Virus record (IMG/VR): IMGVR_UViG_3300037067_016777
Span: 160,001-224,000 of that record
DNA: 64,000 bases
Strand: one strand, 5' to 3'
Source: a virus
Taxonomy: Duplodnaviria; Caudoviricetes
Every line of letters starts with the position of its first letter. Position 1 is the first letter of the stretch. A program made the translations under genes and the position numbers. This document shows positions 55,761 through 64,000 of the stretch, one piece after another. The notes under the pieces are model-generated. The model searched no databases and had not been told where the DNA came from. It was given only the letters and a program-made list of their open reading frames with translations.

Positions 55761-56768
55761 GCTTGTGATAACGATGTTGTTGTGTGGGCATCTACCATAG
55801 AGGCCCTTAGCTTTATTACAATTTGCACACAAAAGCTGCAAATAATCTGGATAATCATTAGCGATAATCCAACTAGCAGTTACCTGTTTAACCTCTTTGC
55901 GATGTTCGTTACCATCGTTGTTGATATGATCAAATTCTAAGAAGGCCCAATTAGACTCACCGCAGCAAACGCATTTACCACCGTAATGAGCAATAGCTTT
56001 TAATCGTATTTTGCGATTTTTGTTGTATGGTATAATATCTTTACAATGAGGACAAACTTTGTAATTAGCAACACCGCGATTACAATTCGCACACAATATT
56101 CTTAGATCAGTTGGGAATTTATGTCTTATTATCCAACTCATCATATGCATACCAACTAGACGTCGATGACGCTTGCCGTCGCCGTTAATGTGATCTACTT
56201 CTAAAAATTCGTAAGTTGTCTCACCACAGCATGCGCATTTTGCACCATAACGATCCAGAACTTTTTCACGGTCTCGACGCCATTTGCGTTTGCTAGCTTC
56301 TACGTGAATGTCGTTACATTTCTTACAGCGTATTGATTCGTCAACAGATAAGTCAACGCCACATACTATGCATTGATTTTTTGCTCTGCGGTCATTGTAT
56401 CGCTGCATAATAATCAACGTTTGATAAGCTGTATGGCTAGCACAATAAATCTTGCCTGGTAATGGTGCTTTGCCACATCTAGGGCATAATCCTTTTGCAA
56501 TCCAGCGCTTATCATGGACGATGCGTTCTCTTTTGCCTTTCTCTTTACACTTATCGCACATTTTGCCTTTTGTGATGTGCTTCCCACACAAGCAAACTCC
56601 TATGGCTTGTCTGGCTTTCCGAGCAGCCTTTCGTCTCTCGCTTTTCCTGGTCAGACATTTAGAGCACGACGACTTCTCCGAATCGCGAGGACCACCGCAC
56701 ATCAAACATAAGTTATTGGTGATACGGTGCTGACGCTGGAGAGGATATTCAGTTTTGCGATCTTTCAT
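55641..56768 (-). CDS. Tandem-HNH endonuclease with N-terminal Cys4 repeats
   Basis: Two copies of C.CCGE...FLE.DHIN.DG..HR...LCANCN; four CxxC repeats. Confidence 0.88.
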   Translation of the reverse strand: MKDRKTEYPLQRQHRITNNLCLMCGGPRDSEKSSCSKCLTRKSERRKAARKARQAIGVCLCGKHITKGKMCDKCKEKGKRERIVHDKRWIAKGLCPRCGKAPLPGKIYCASHTAYQTLIIMQRYNDRRAKNQCIVCGVDLSVDESIRCKKCNDIHVEASKRKWRRDREKVLDRYGAKCACCGETTYEFLEVDHINGDGKRHRRLVGMHMMSWIIRHKFPTDLRILCANCNRGVANYKVCPHCKDIIPYNKNRKIRLKAIAHYGGKCVCCGESNWAFLEFDHINNDGNEHRKEVKQVTASWIIANDYPDYLQLLCANCNKAKGLYGRCPHNNIVITSNQQIIDTFGEPLVDNHLTDAVRTYLNHQQIIDNFSEPLI

Positions 56769-56888
56769 GACGCACCTATGGTGAAAATGAACGTCCAATG
56801 ATTAAATACATTTCCACAAACATTGAAATTATGACGAGGGTCTTGCCCATCAATTTGGTGGTCTAACCAACCTCGAAGGAGGGTCTTC

Positions 56889-57395
56889 GTGCCAGGCTTC
56901 AACATATGTGGTACAGGTAGCGGGCCAGCCTCCAATTTGGAGACTCGTAGAAAACATCGCTGGGTTTTTCGAACCCTTGGTGATATTAGCTCCGCAGCTT
57001 TGCTGGTCTTACAATCAGCATCGCGGCCGAACTTTAAGTTCGCAGAGCCAGAAATGCACCATGACCAGGAAGTAGCTTACTTCGCGGGTAAGCAGACCTG
57101 GGAGCCGGTGAGTATGAAGTGGTATGACGTTGAGCAAAGCCCAGATGTGTCAGATACAATCTACGTGTGGTTGAACACGGTTTGTGAATTGACCACGGCC
57201 ACTGTAGCTGCTCCATCTGTTTACAAGAAGCAAGCTACTTTGGAGATGATTGGTGCTTCTGGCAACACCACAGAGACTTGGACGATGTGTAATGCGTGGC
57301 CCAAGGAAGTGAACTGGGGTGACTTGGATTATACGGCGACTGATATCGTGACGATTGAAGCGACGTTGCGATATGATCGCGCTATGAAGAATTAG
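56889..57395 (+). CDS. Major tail tube protein (gp19-like)
   Basis: SRPNF, YFAGKQTWEP, NAWPKEVNWGDLDY, LRYDRA; AGGAGG RBS with GTG start. Confidence 0.9.
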   Translation: MPGFNICGTGSGPASNLETRRKHRWVFRTLGDISSAALLVLQSASRPNFKFAEPEMHHDQEVAYFAGKQTWEPVSMKWYDVEQSPDVSDTIYVWLNTVCELTTATVAAPSVYKKQATLEMIGASGNTTETWTMCNAWPKEVNWGDLDYTATDIVTIEATLRYDRAMKN

Positions 57396-57423
57396 TAATT
57401 GGTTCTTCGACGACAGAAATACC

Positions 57424-57470
57424 CGGCCCCACCACATCAAATCTAAAATGTGGTGGGGCCGATTTTATTT
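57424..57470 (+). terminator. Terminator after the major tube gene
   Basis: CGGCCCCACCACAT...ATGTGGTGGGGCCG followed by ATTTTATTT. Confidence 0.85.
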
Positions 57471-57482
57471 GGAGACACTCAA

Positions 57483-57998
57483 ATTCCAGGCTTCAATATC
57501 GGCGACGTCTATAGTTCTGAAGCACCAACAGCCAAGATCGAGTTGGCGCGCCAACATCGTTGGAAATTTGCGACCTTGGATCCATTGAAAGCAATACTAA
57601 TATATGCACATAAATCCGGCAGACCAAAAATAGAAATCGATAGGGCGACATTACATCATCAACAAGATTGTATTTATTTTCCTGGTAAACAGAAATGGTT
57701 GCCAATTGATATAACTTTCTATCACACAGTTGGCAGTACTGATTCTGCTTTTGAGATATATAAATGGTGGTCGACAAATGTTATAGATATTACTAAATCT
57801 GTGATTAGTTTGAAGAAACAAACATGTACCTTGGAATTGCTTGATGGCAATGACGCTGTAGTTTATAAATATATGATATATGGTTGTTGGCCGTCCAAAA
57901 TTACACCAGACGAACTAGATTATGCTTCGTCAAAGATTAGTGAAATCACATTTACGCTTGAAATGGATAAGGCAATTGAGCTACACGAGGAAGGGTAA
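57483..57998 (+). CDS. Tail tube-like protein 2, ATT start
   Basis: (M)PGFNI matches the major tube N-terminus; GGAG RBS; YFPGKQKW, GCWPSKI..ELDY. Confidence 0.8.
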   Translation: MPGFNIGDVYSSEAPTAKIELARQHRWKFATLDPLKAILIYAHKSGRPKIEIDRATLHHQQDCIYFPGKQKWLPIDITFYHTVGSTDSAFEIYKWWSTNVIDITKSVISLKKQTCTLELLDGNDAVVYKYMIYGCWPSKITPDELDYASSKISEITFTLEMDKAIELHEEG

Positions 57999-58003
57999 TC
58001 GAA

Positions 58004-58549
58004 ATTCCAGGATTTATTGTTGCAACTGATGTTGGTGCCGGAATTGCTGCCACAGAGAACAGCTTAAAACCTGTTTATCAATATACCTGGGAAATTTTTA
58101 ATCTGTTTGAAGATACACGCAACTTATTCCCAACAAAATTATTAGCTAAGGATGCTACATTACCAACATTTACTATCGCTAAAGATACGACAGATGGATC
58201 GTCTCTAGTCTATAAATATGCTGGGATGGTTACATGGGAAGATGTCAGGATTACTTTTTATGATGTTGTGGTTGATTCTTCTAATAGGGCGTCAGATATT
58301 ATTAAGAGCTGGCGCGAAAGAGTGTGGTCAGCCGATACAGGTCTTAAAAGTCCAACAGATTACAAAAAAGATTCTATTATAAAAGTATACAATTTAGATT
58401 TTACATCTGTGACAACATGGACTTTACACGGCAGTTGGCCGCAGATTGTCAAAGAGGGCGATTTGACATATACCGCAACAGAAGTGAAAGTCATTGAGGT
58501 TACTGTTGCGTATGATTGGGCCGATTCAATATCAACAGATGAAGAATAG
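58004..58549 (+). CDS. Tail tube-like protein 3, ATT start
   Basis: (M)PGFIV; frame open from 58004; KYAGMVTWED, GSWP...GDLTY, AYDWA. Confidence 0.8.
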   Translation: MPGFIVATDVGAGIAATENSLKPVYQYTWEIFNLFEDTRNLFPTKLLAKDATLPTFTIAKDTTDGSSLVYKYAGMVTWEDVRITFYDVVVDSSNRASDIIKSWRERVWSADTGLKSPTDYKKDSIIKVYNLDFTSVTTWTLHGSWPQIVKEGDLTYTATEVKVIEVTVAYDWADSISTDEE

Positions 58550-58613
58550 TATAGAAAATCTCTAATTTGGTAGATATAATCTAGGCAACATAAACTTGTT
58601 TCATAGGTGAATT

Positions 58614-59606
58614 ATGTCAGATCGCGTAGAAGAAGAAGTTCGTCTTACTAGTAGAGAAATCCAACAGCCGCAAGAAACTAAGATATTGACTGAAAAGCCA
58701 GTTTCCGAGCTATCTAAGTTGGTCGGTAATGCAACATCAGATATAGATATTGTTGATATTATTTCAAGAGCTTCGCCTGAGCAACTTATTCCATGGGAAG
58801 AGACGACTCTTCCTAGTAAGGGTTTATACTATGGTTGGTCGTCTGGTGTAGTATCTGTCAAGGCGTGGTCTGCAAAAGTCGATAAAATCTTAGCTACTGC
58901 GAGATTAGCACAGACTGGCCAATCAATTGACTATATGCTTCAAGAATGTTGCCGTTTCCCTGACGGTTTCGATATTCAAAATATGCTGGTTGGTGATCAG
59001 ATTTATTTATTATATTATCTTCGTGGCATTACACACGGTAATATTTATGAGTTTGCTTCAACCTGTCCAAACGAGCAATGCCAGCAAGCTGCTACTAATA
59101 CTGTTGATTTAAATGATCTTGTTTCTACTATTGTTTGGGCAGATGAATCATTGGGCAACGAGCCATTCAAGATTACATTGCCATATTTGAGCAAAACAAC
59201 GGAAAGAGAAATTACGGCATCGATTAGATTTCTGCGAGTACACGATGCTAACACTATCCAAAGAGCAAAAAAAGCGAAGAATATGTTAGTTGGTGGCTCA
59301 AGGGCTAAGATTAAGCCGCGAGAACGTGCTAGACAAATTGTAGATCATAGCCACGACGAAGTAGTACTAGACGATTTAGTGACACAAAATATCGAAACTG
59401 TAATTGTCGATATTATGGGTGTCAATGATAGATTTAAGATTAAAAATATTGTTAATAAAATGCACTCTACTGATATTGCTGTTATTAGAGAATGGTTATC
59501 TAATCATACTCCAAGTATTGAGACTACGATTGAGATACAATGCGCACATTGTAATGAATCTTATCGTACAATGCTACCAATTACAGAATCCTTTTTTCGT
59601 CCGTAG
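58614..59606 (+). CDS. Baseplate hub/assembly protein (gp26-like)
   Basis: LPSKGLYY, CPNEQC, LPYL, CAHC, LPITESFFRP. Confidence 0.7.
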   Translation: MSDRVEEEVRLTSREIQQPQETKILTEKPVSELSKLVGNATSDIDIVDIISRASPEQLIPWEETTLPSKGLYYGWSSGVVSVKAWSAKVDKILATARLAQTGQSIDYMLQECCRFPDGFDIQNMLVGDQIYLLYYLRGITHGNIYEFASTCPNEQCQQAATNTVDLNDLVSTIVWADESLGNEPFKITLPYLSKTTEREITASIRFLRVHDANTIQRAKKAKNMLVGGSRAKIKPRERARQIVDHSHDEVVLDDLVTQNIETVIVDIMGVNDRFKIKNIVNKMHSTDIAVIREWLSNHTPSIETTIEIQCAHCNESYRTMLPITESFFRP

Positions 59607-59637
59607 GTCCCACGAGCAATGCGAAAAGGAGTGGGAA

Positions 59638-59820
59638 ATGCTGATGGAACAGCAATTTGCATTGCGATGTGGAGTTGGCGGGACCGGAGAACTTACACTC
59701 TTCGAGCAAAACTCCATGACTGGTGAGGAACGTGCTTGGTGGTATAAGAAATTGGAAAGGACTGCAGAAGAGCGTAATAAAAAAGAATCTGCATCGACAC
59801 CAAGCCTACCGCATCACTAA
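59638..59820 (+). CDS. Small baseplate assembly protein (gp51-like)
   Basis: AAGGAG RBS; NSMTGEERAWWYKKL. Confidence 0.55.
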   Translation: MLMEQQFALRCGVGGTGELTLFEQNSMTGEERAWWYKKLERTAEERNKKESASTPSLPHH

Positions 59821-59876
59821 TAATCTGTCGGGGTCTCTACCCTAGCAAAGATATTGAAATAAGGTGAGGTGAATGC

Positions 59877-60752
59877 ATGGCCACATATCAACGAATTTCT
59901 GCTAGACGTGGTAATACAGTCCAGCTTGATACACGATTTTTACGTGGTGGTGTAGCAACTGCACCATACGCAATACGGAAAGTAGAAATATACAAGACAC
60001 AAATAATTCCATCGAATTTAATTGCTACGTTTGTCGTAGTTGATCCGTGCGATCCAAATTATCCATCTCCAGTCGAGTATATTAGAACGAATACTCCATG
60101 CGGGCCATGTGGAACAGAAGGAGAAGAAGGTGTAATTGTTCCTGGTGAATATAGATTATTGTTAGAGATACCAGCAGATGCAGCTGTTCCAGACATTTAC
60201 TATGACGTTTGGTATTATATGCCAACAAACCCCTGTGAAATGGAAGAATTTGCATCGTCGTGTATTGTCGATACTGCCGGTTGTGTTCAATATCCAGATC
60301 TTGATGATCCACTATTAAGCGGTCTTATAATACAGTCTTGTAATAGATTTTGGGTTTATTCAGACGATTGGGATGTTCAGGACGGTTTAACTGCAATTAG
60401 ACTTGGATTTGAGCCGCTTGATCAAAAATTCCAACAACCAGAACTTCGACCGTTAGAAATTGGCATTATGCCATTACCATTATATGATTACGATTTTAAC
60501 CTAGTTGCTCCAATTTTACCACAATTGACTGGCACTATTACAATCTCGACTGAAAATAACGAAATATTAGTAGAAGAATATCCACTTACTCTTGGATTGC
60601 GACAAGGATCGTACCGCTCTAACCCATATGTATTCCGTTATATGGTCGATTCGATGCAATTTCTAAAAGGAACTTACCAGTACAAAGTAACTGCAATACT
60701 GCCTGACGGAACAACTCGGACTAGCAAGACATTTATTTTAACGATATCATAG
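59877..60752 (+). CDS. Hypothetical virion structural protein
   Basis: GAGGTG RBS; beta-rich; tail region. Confidence 0.65.
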   Translation: MATYQRISARRGNTVQLDTRFLRGGVATAPYAIRKVEIYKTQIIPSNLIATFVVVDPCDPNYPSPVEYIRTNTPCGPCGTEGEEGVIVPGEYRLLLEIPADAAVPDIYYDVWYYMPTNPCEMEEFASSCIVDTAGCVQYPDLDDPLLSGLIIQSCNRFWVYSDDWDVQDGLTAIRLGFEPLDQKFQQPELRPLEIGIMPLPLYDYDFNLVAPILPQLTGTITISTENNEILVEEYPLTLGLRQGSYRSNPYVFRYMVDSMQFLKGTYQYKVTAILPDGTTRTSKTFILTIS

Positions 60753-60754
60753 TT

Positions 60755-63493
60755 ATGACAACAAAAATCGGGCTAACAACATATATAGAAGTGATTCAAG
60801 TTACGCCATTAGTGAGTAGATTTAATATTAGTAATATTATATTAGGTGCTTCAAGATGGCAGAATCCAGGTAATCGTTTTGATGTGATGGGCGATGGTGT
60901 CGTTGATATTAATGACTACAATGCAATAGTTAATTATATTGCAAGTCATGGTAGTGGAGTACTACCAAAAAATAGAATTGCAAATCAACCTTATGTCGAT
61001 GTTAATGGAGATGGTAAGGTTGATAGTCAAGATATATCTCAAATATTAGCATATCTACAGAGCAAGAAATTAGTAGACAACACAATAACTGCAGAATATA
61101 ATATTTCTGATTTTAAGATTCAACGAGATCTTGTAGATCCTGCTGTAGTTGTGACTGTTAAGGATGTAGCTGCGTATAAAAACATATTTCCAACTAGTGA
61201 TTATTTGGTTTTTTTAAGAAATCTATCAACTAATGAATTAACTGAAACCACATACGCAACTGCCGTATCGAGTCGCGATAGTCTTGTGTTTATTGATAGT
61301 GATGTTATTGTGCCAGTGCATCCGTTTACTCCAGGATGTTATAACAATTCATGTGTTTTCAGACTTATACAATCTAGAATCGCAGCAAGTGAGATATTAC
61401 CGATCCGATTCAACAAGACAGCTGGCGCGACTGGTGTTTCAACAGCCGGTACTGGGCTACCTATGCCAGGCATGGATACGAGTGAGATGCCAGTGCCTAC
61501 AACGGTAACAGAAACAACGGCGACAGTAGTTGACACAATAGAAACGACTACAACTACAGCCAATAAGACGGATGTGGTAGCACCACCAGTTGTCTTACTT
61601 GATTTATTTCCATCTACATGTGCGATAATCGGCGAAATTAAATTAGTTGCTACATCTATGCATGGAGATAACAACTCAGGAGTTACAACTTGTACGGCAA
61701 AGATGACATCAAATACTGCACCATCGCCATATGTATCGAGTGCAGATAGTGAATATTTTATCAACAATCCGACATATCTTGGGCAGTACGTTTTTAAATC
61801 GTTCAACCATGGTTCTTTGCAAATCTCAACAAATCTTGATCCGACTACGCCAGATTTTTATCATTGGGTTGGCGGACCATATGAAATAAATTGGGCATTA
61901 TCTGGTGGCGACGATCCTTCTCGTATGGCTGGCTTTATAAGTCCGTCAACAATATCCGGCAGTTATATGATATGCTTAGAGGATGAAGGACCTCCTCGTG
62001 GATCTGTGTTCGATTCATGTGTGCTAGTGATACCACAATCAGATGGATCGTGTAAGTGTCTATGGAATGGCGAGTCAAATCACACATATACTCATAAACT
62101 GTATAGTCCTGATGGTAATATACTATTTGATCCGTTTCAGAGAGGAGATGTTTGGTATACTTGGGCTATAGCATCATCTTCTTGCCCAGCGTGGAAGGCG
62201 TTTAATAGAACAAATTCAAGTGAAACCGACATTTGGTCGAGTGCATCAATTAGCTTTCCACATTTTTTGCAATATGATTTTAGCAGTGCTGTAATCATAA
62301 ATAAGTATGCAATACAGGAACGCAATTCAGCAGATTATACGGGATTTCCGAAGAACTTTACGTTTCAAGGATCAAATGATAATATTAATTGGACGATATT
62401 AGATTCCAGGGTGAACGTTTCAGCTCCAGGGCCAGCTAGTTGGAGCCCTTACTTCACATTTAATAATGGAACAGCTTATCGTTATTATCGATTAAGCATA
62501 ACTGCTGTAGTTGGCAATATCAATAGAGCAGTTGTAGCTGAGCTTAAGTTAATCTGTGCTTCTATGGATGGGGCCGATAACAGTGCTACTAACGCTTGTA
62601 CTGCAATAATGGCATCAAATAATGTTCCGAGCCCAAACGCTACTAACGCAAGCAGCGAATACTATTCTGAATATCGATCTACTTATTATTCAGCATGGAA
62701 AGCATTCAATAAAACGAATCTTGGTGAATCCGATAGATGGATTAGTGCAGCGTCGATCGCACCGTGGTATGTTCAATATGATTTTGGTGCTGGAAATGCA
62801 ACGGCTATAAACAAGTACGCAATACAGGAACAGAATTATAGCGGCACTACAGTGGTAAATGGTGAAATCGTAAATGAACAGAATTATAATTGCGATAACG
62901 GATTTCCAAAGGATTTCTTGCTCCAAGGTTCTAATGATGCAAGCAACTGGACTACATTAGATACTCGGACTAGTATCGCGGCCCCCGGTATGAATAATTG
63001 GTCTGATTGGTTTACATTTGATAATGGCACATCATATCGTTATTATAGGGTTTATATCACTGCTATTAATGGACAGCTTCCTATGCCGATTGCCGGTGAA
63101 ACAACATCTGATTGTGTGATTACTGCCAGCAGCAATGCGACGATACGTAATGTTGTAATCACGCAATATAATGAAGATGAAAGGACCTCTACATTTGCGA
63201 CTACTGGGCATTCGCAAACAACGCTATATTCTAATCAAGATCTTTTAATTACTTTTAATGCGCACGACTATCAAGGTGTTTATACTGCTTCACTATGGCT
63301 TGATGGCATTAAAATTCCGATCACAACAGGACCGCAGGCTAATACGAGTATTGGCGGCATGGATTTTGGTGTAGCAATTGGGAAGCGTGCTTCTGGGACA
63401 CATACTTACACGATTATTGCTACGAATAACGATGGTTATTCGACGTCACCATCATATTCGTGTTGGTTTACTATATTACAGGGCGGAGCATGA
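60755..63493 (+). CDS. Virion adhesin-like protein: dockerin-like EF-hand pair, Thr-rich linker, two discoidin (F5/8C)-like domains, Ig-like end
   Basis: DVMGDGVVDIND / DVNGDGKVDSQD; two copies of AWKAFN...QYDF...PK.F..QGSND...WT.LD...YRYYR. Confidence 0.78.
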   Translation: MTTKIGLTTYIEVIQVTPLVSRFNISNIILGASRWQNPGNRFDVMGDGVVDINDYNAIVNYIASHGSGVLPKNRIANQPYVDVNGDGKVDSQDISQILAYLQSKKLVDNTITAEYNISDFKIQRDLVDPAVVVTVKDVAAYKNIFPTSDYLVFLRNLSTNELTETTYATAVSSRDSLVFIDSDVIVPVHPFTPGCYNNSCVFRLIQSRIAASEILPIRFNKTAGATGVSTAGTGLPMPGMDTSEMPVPTTVTETTATVVDTIETTTTTANKTDVVAPPVVLLDLFPSTCAIIGEIKLVATSMHGDNNSGVTTCTAKMTSNTAPSPYVSSADSEYFINNPTYLGQYVFKSFNHGSLQISTNLDPTTPDFYHWVGGPYEINWALSGGDDPSRMAGFISPSTISGSYMICLEDEGPPRGSVFDSCVLVIPQSDGSCKCLWNGESNHTYTHKLYSPDGNILFDPFQRGDVWYTWAIASSSCPAWKAFNRTNSSETDIWSSASISFPHFLQYDFSSAVIINKYAIQERNSADYTGFPKNFTFQGSNDNINWTILDSRVNVSAPGPASWSPYFTFNNGTAYRYYRLSITAVVGNINRAVVAELKLICASMDGADNSATNACTAIMASNNVPSPNATNASSEYYSEYRSTYYSAWKAFNKTNLGESDRWISAASIAPWYVQYDFGAGNATAINKYAIQEQNYSGTTVVNGEIVNEQNYNCDNGFPKDFLLQGSNDASNWTTLDTRTSIAAPGMNNWSDWFTFDNGTSYRYYRVYITAINGQLPMPIAGETTSDCVITASSNATIRNVVITQYNEDERTSTFATTGHSQTTLYSNQDLLITFNAHDYQGVYTASLWLDGIKIPITTGPQANTSIGGMDFGVAIGKRASGTHTYTIIATNNDGYSTSPSYSCWFTILQGGA

Positions 63494-64000
63494 CATATAC
63501 AATATCATTTAATAATAGATATATGGTTACTGGGTTTGTAAATGCAAGCCTCCTACCCGGCACGCCATTTATTAATATGTGGGGTAATGTCACGGTTGCC
63601 AGTCTTCTAACAACAGATAAGAAGGGTGTCACAAGCAGAATTAGCAGGCGTTTGCAAAGCCAAAATCAAGACAACATATCTGTAGCTTACGATGAATCGA
63701 CATTAGATTCAATTTTAGCATTATTGCGTATTTGTCGTTGGCCTAATATTTCATATTATACGGCTTTTTCAAGCAACGCAAATACATCATATCCATGTAC
63801 AGTTACGAATCTTGAAACCAATCAATGGGTTTCTCAACCGATTGATATAGATATCGATCACACAATATTTACAACGCAATATGCTATTTGGTATACACAC
63901 CAACTAGAATATTCCGGTTTTCATATACCTCAAAATAGTGACATCTGGAGTGGCGGTTTGGTTTTAGGATCATCAGGCACAATGATCGATCTGGGCGAAT
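63490..64000 (+). CDS. Partial (3'-truncated) hypothetical protein
   Basis: ATG overlaps the previous stop; frame open to the window end. Confidence 0.65.
   Translation, partial: MTYTISFNNRYMVTGFVNASLLPGTPFINMWGNVTVASLLTTDKKGVTSRISRRLQSQNQDNISVAYDESTLDSILALLRICRWPNISYYTAFSSNANTSYPCTVTNLETNQWVSQPIDIDIDHTIFTTQYAIWYTHQLEYSGFHIPQNSDIWSGGLVLGSSGTMIDLGE

Noticed and set aside
57450-57482. GTG start for tube protein 2
   Set aside because: It lies within the terminator stem with no RBS; paralog alignment favours ATT 57483.

Overview
This is a 64-kb, AT-rich, densely coding segment of a large tailed (myovirus/jumbo-type, distantly T4-like) bacteriophage genome, read in the standard code. All protein calls are from motif recognition by eye; no searches were run. 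In order, it contains: (1) a glycosylation module and an actin-fold ATPase; (2) a DnaE-type polymerase split into two genes; (3) four collagen-like Gly-X-Thr fibre genes; (4) a replication/recombination block (UDG, RecA, DnaB/gp41 helicase, GroES, short PolA-like protein, UvsY, gp32-like SSB, 5'-3' exonuclease, resolvase); (5) a second glycosyltransferase cluster; (6) a nucleotidyltransferase/tRNA/endonuclease locus; (7) neck, sheath, tube and baseplate genes. The best candidate for an undescribed system is the gp13-like neck gene, broken by a 3.4-kb cassette. Its N-half ends in a Hint (intein-like) domain that lacks the terminal Asn. Its C-half is fused behind a small HExxH metallopeptidase. 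An endonuclease and a probable R-M pair lie between the halves. This suggests protease-assisted protein trans-ligation (inference). Other highlights: a GT27 ppGalNAc-T-like enzyme with Thr-rich collagen fibres as likely substrates; a rare tRNA-Gly(ACC); an HNH nuclease ending in a recoded copy of a tail-sheath peptide; three genes apparently starting at ATT; and a planctomycete-type dockerin hinting at the host.
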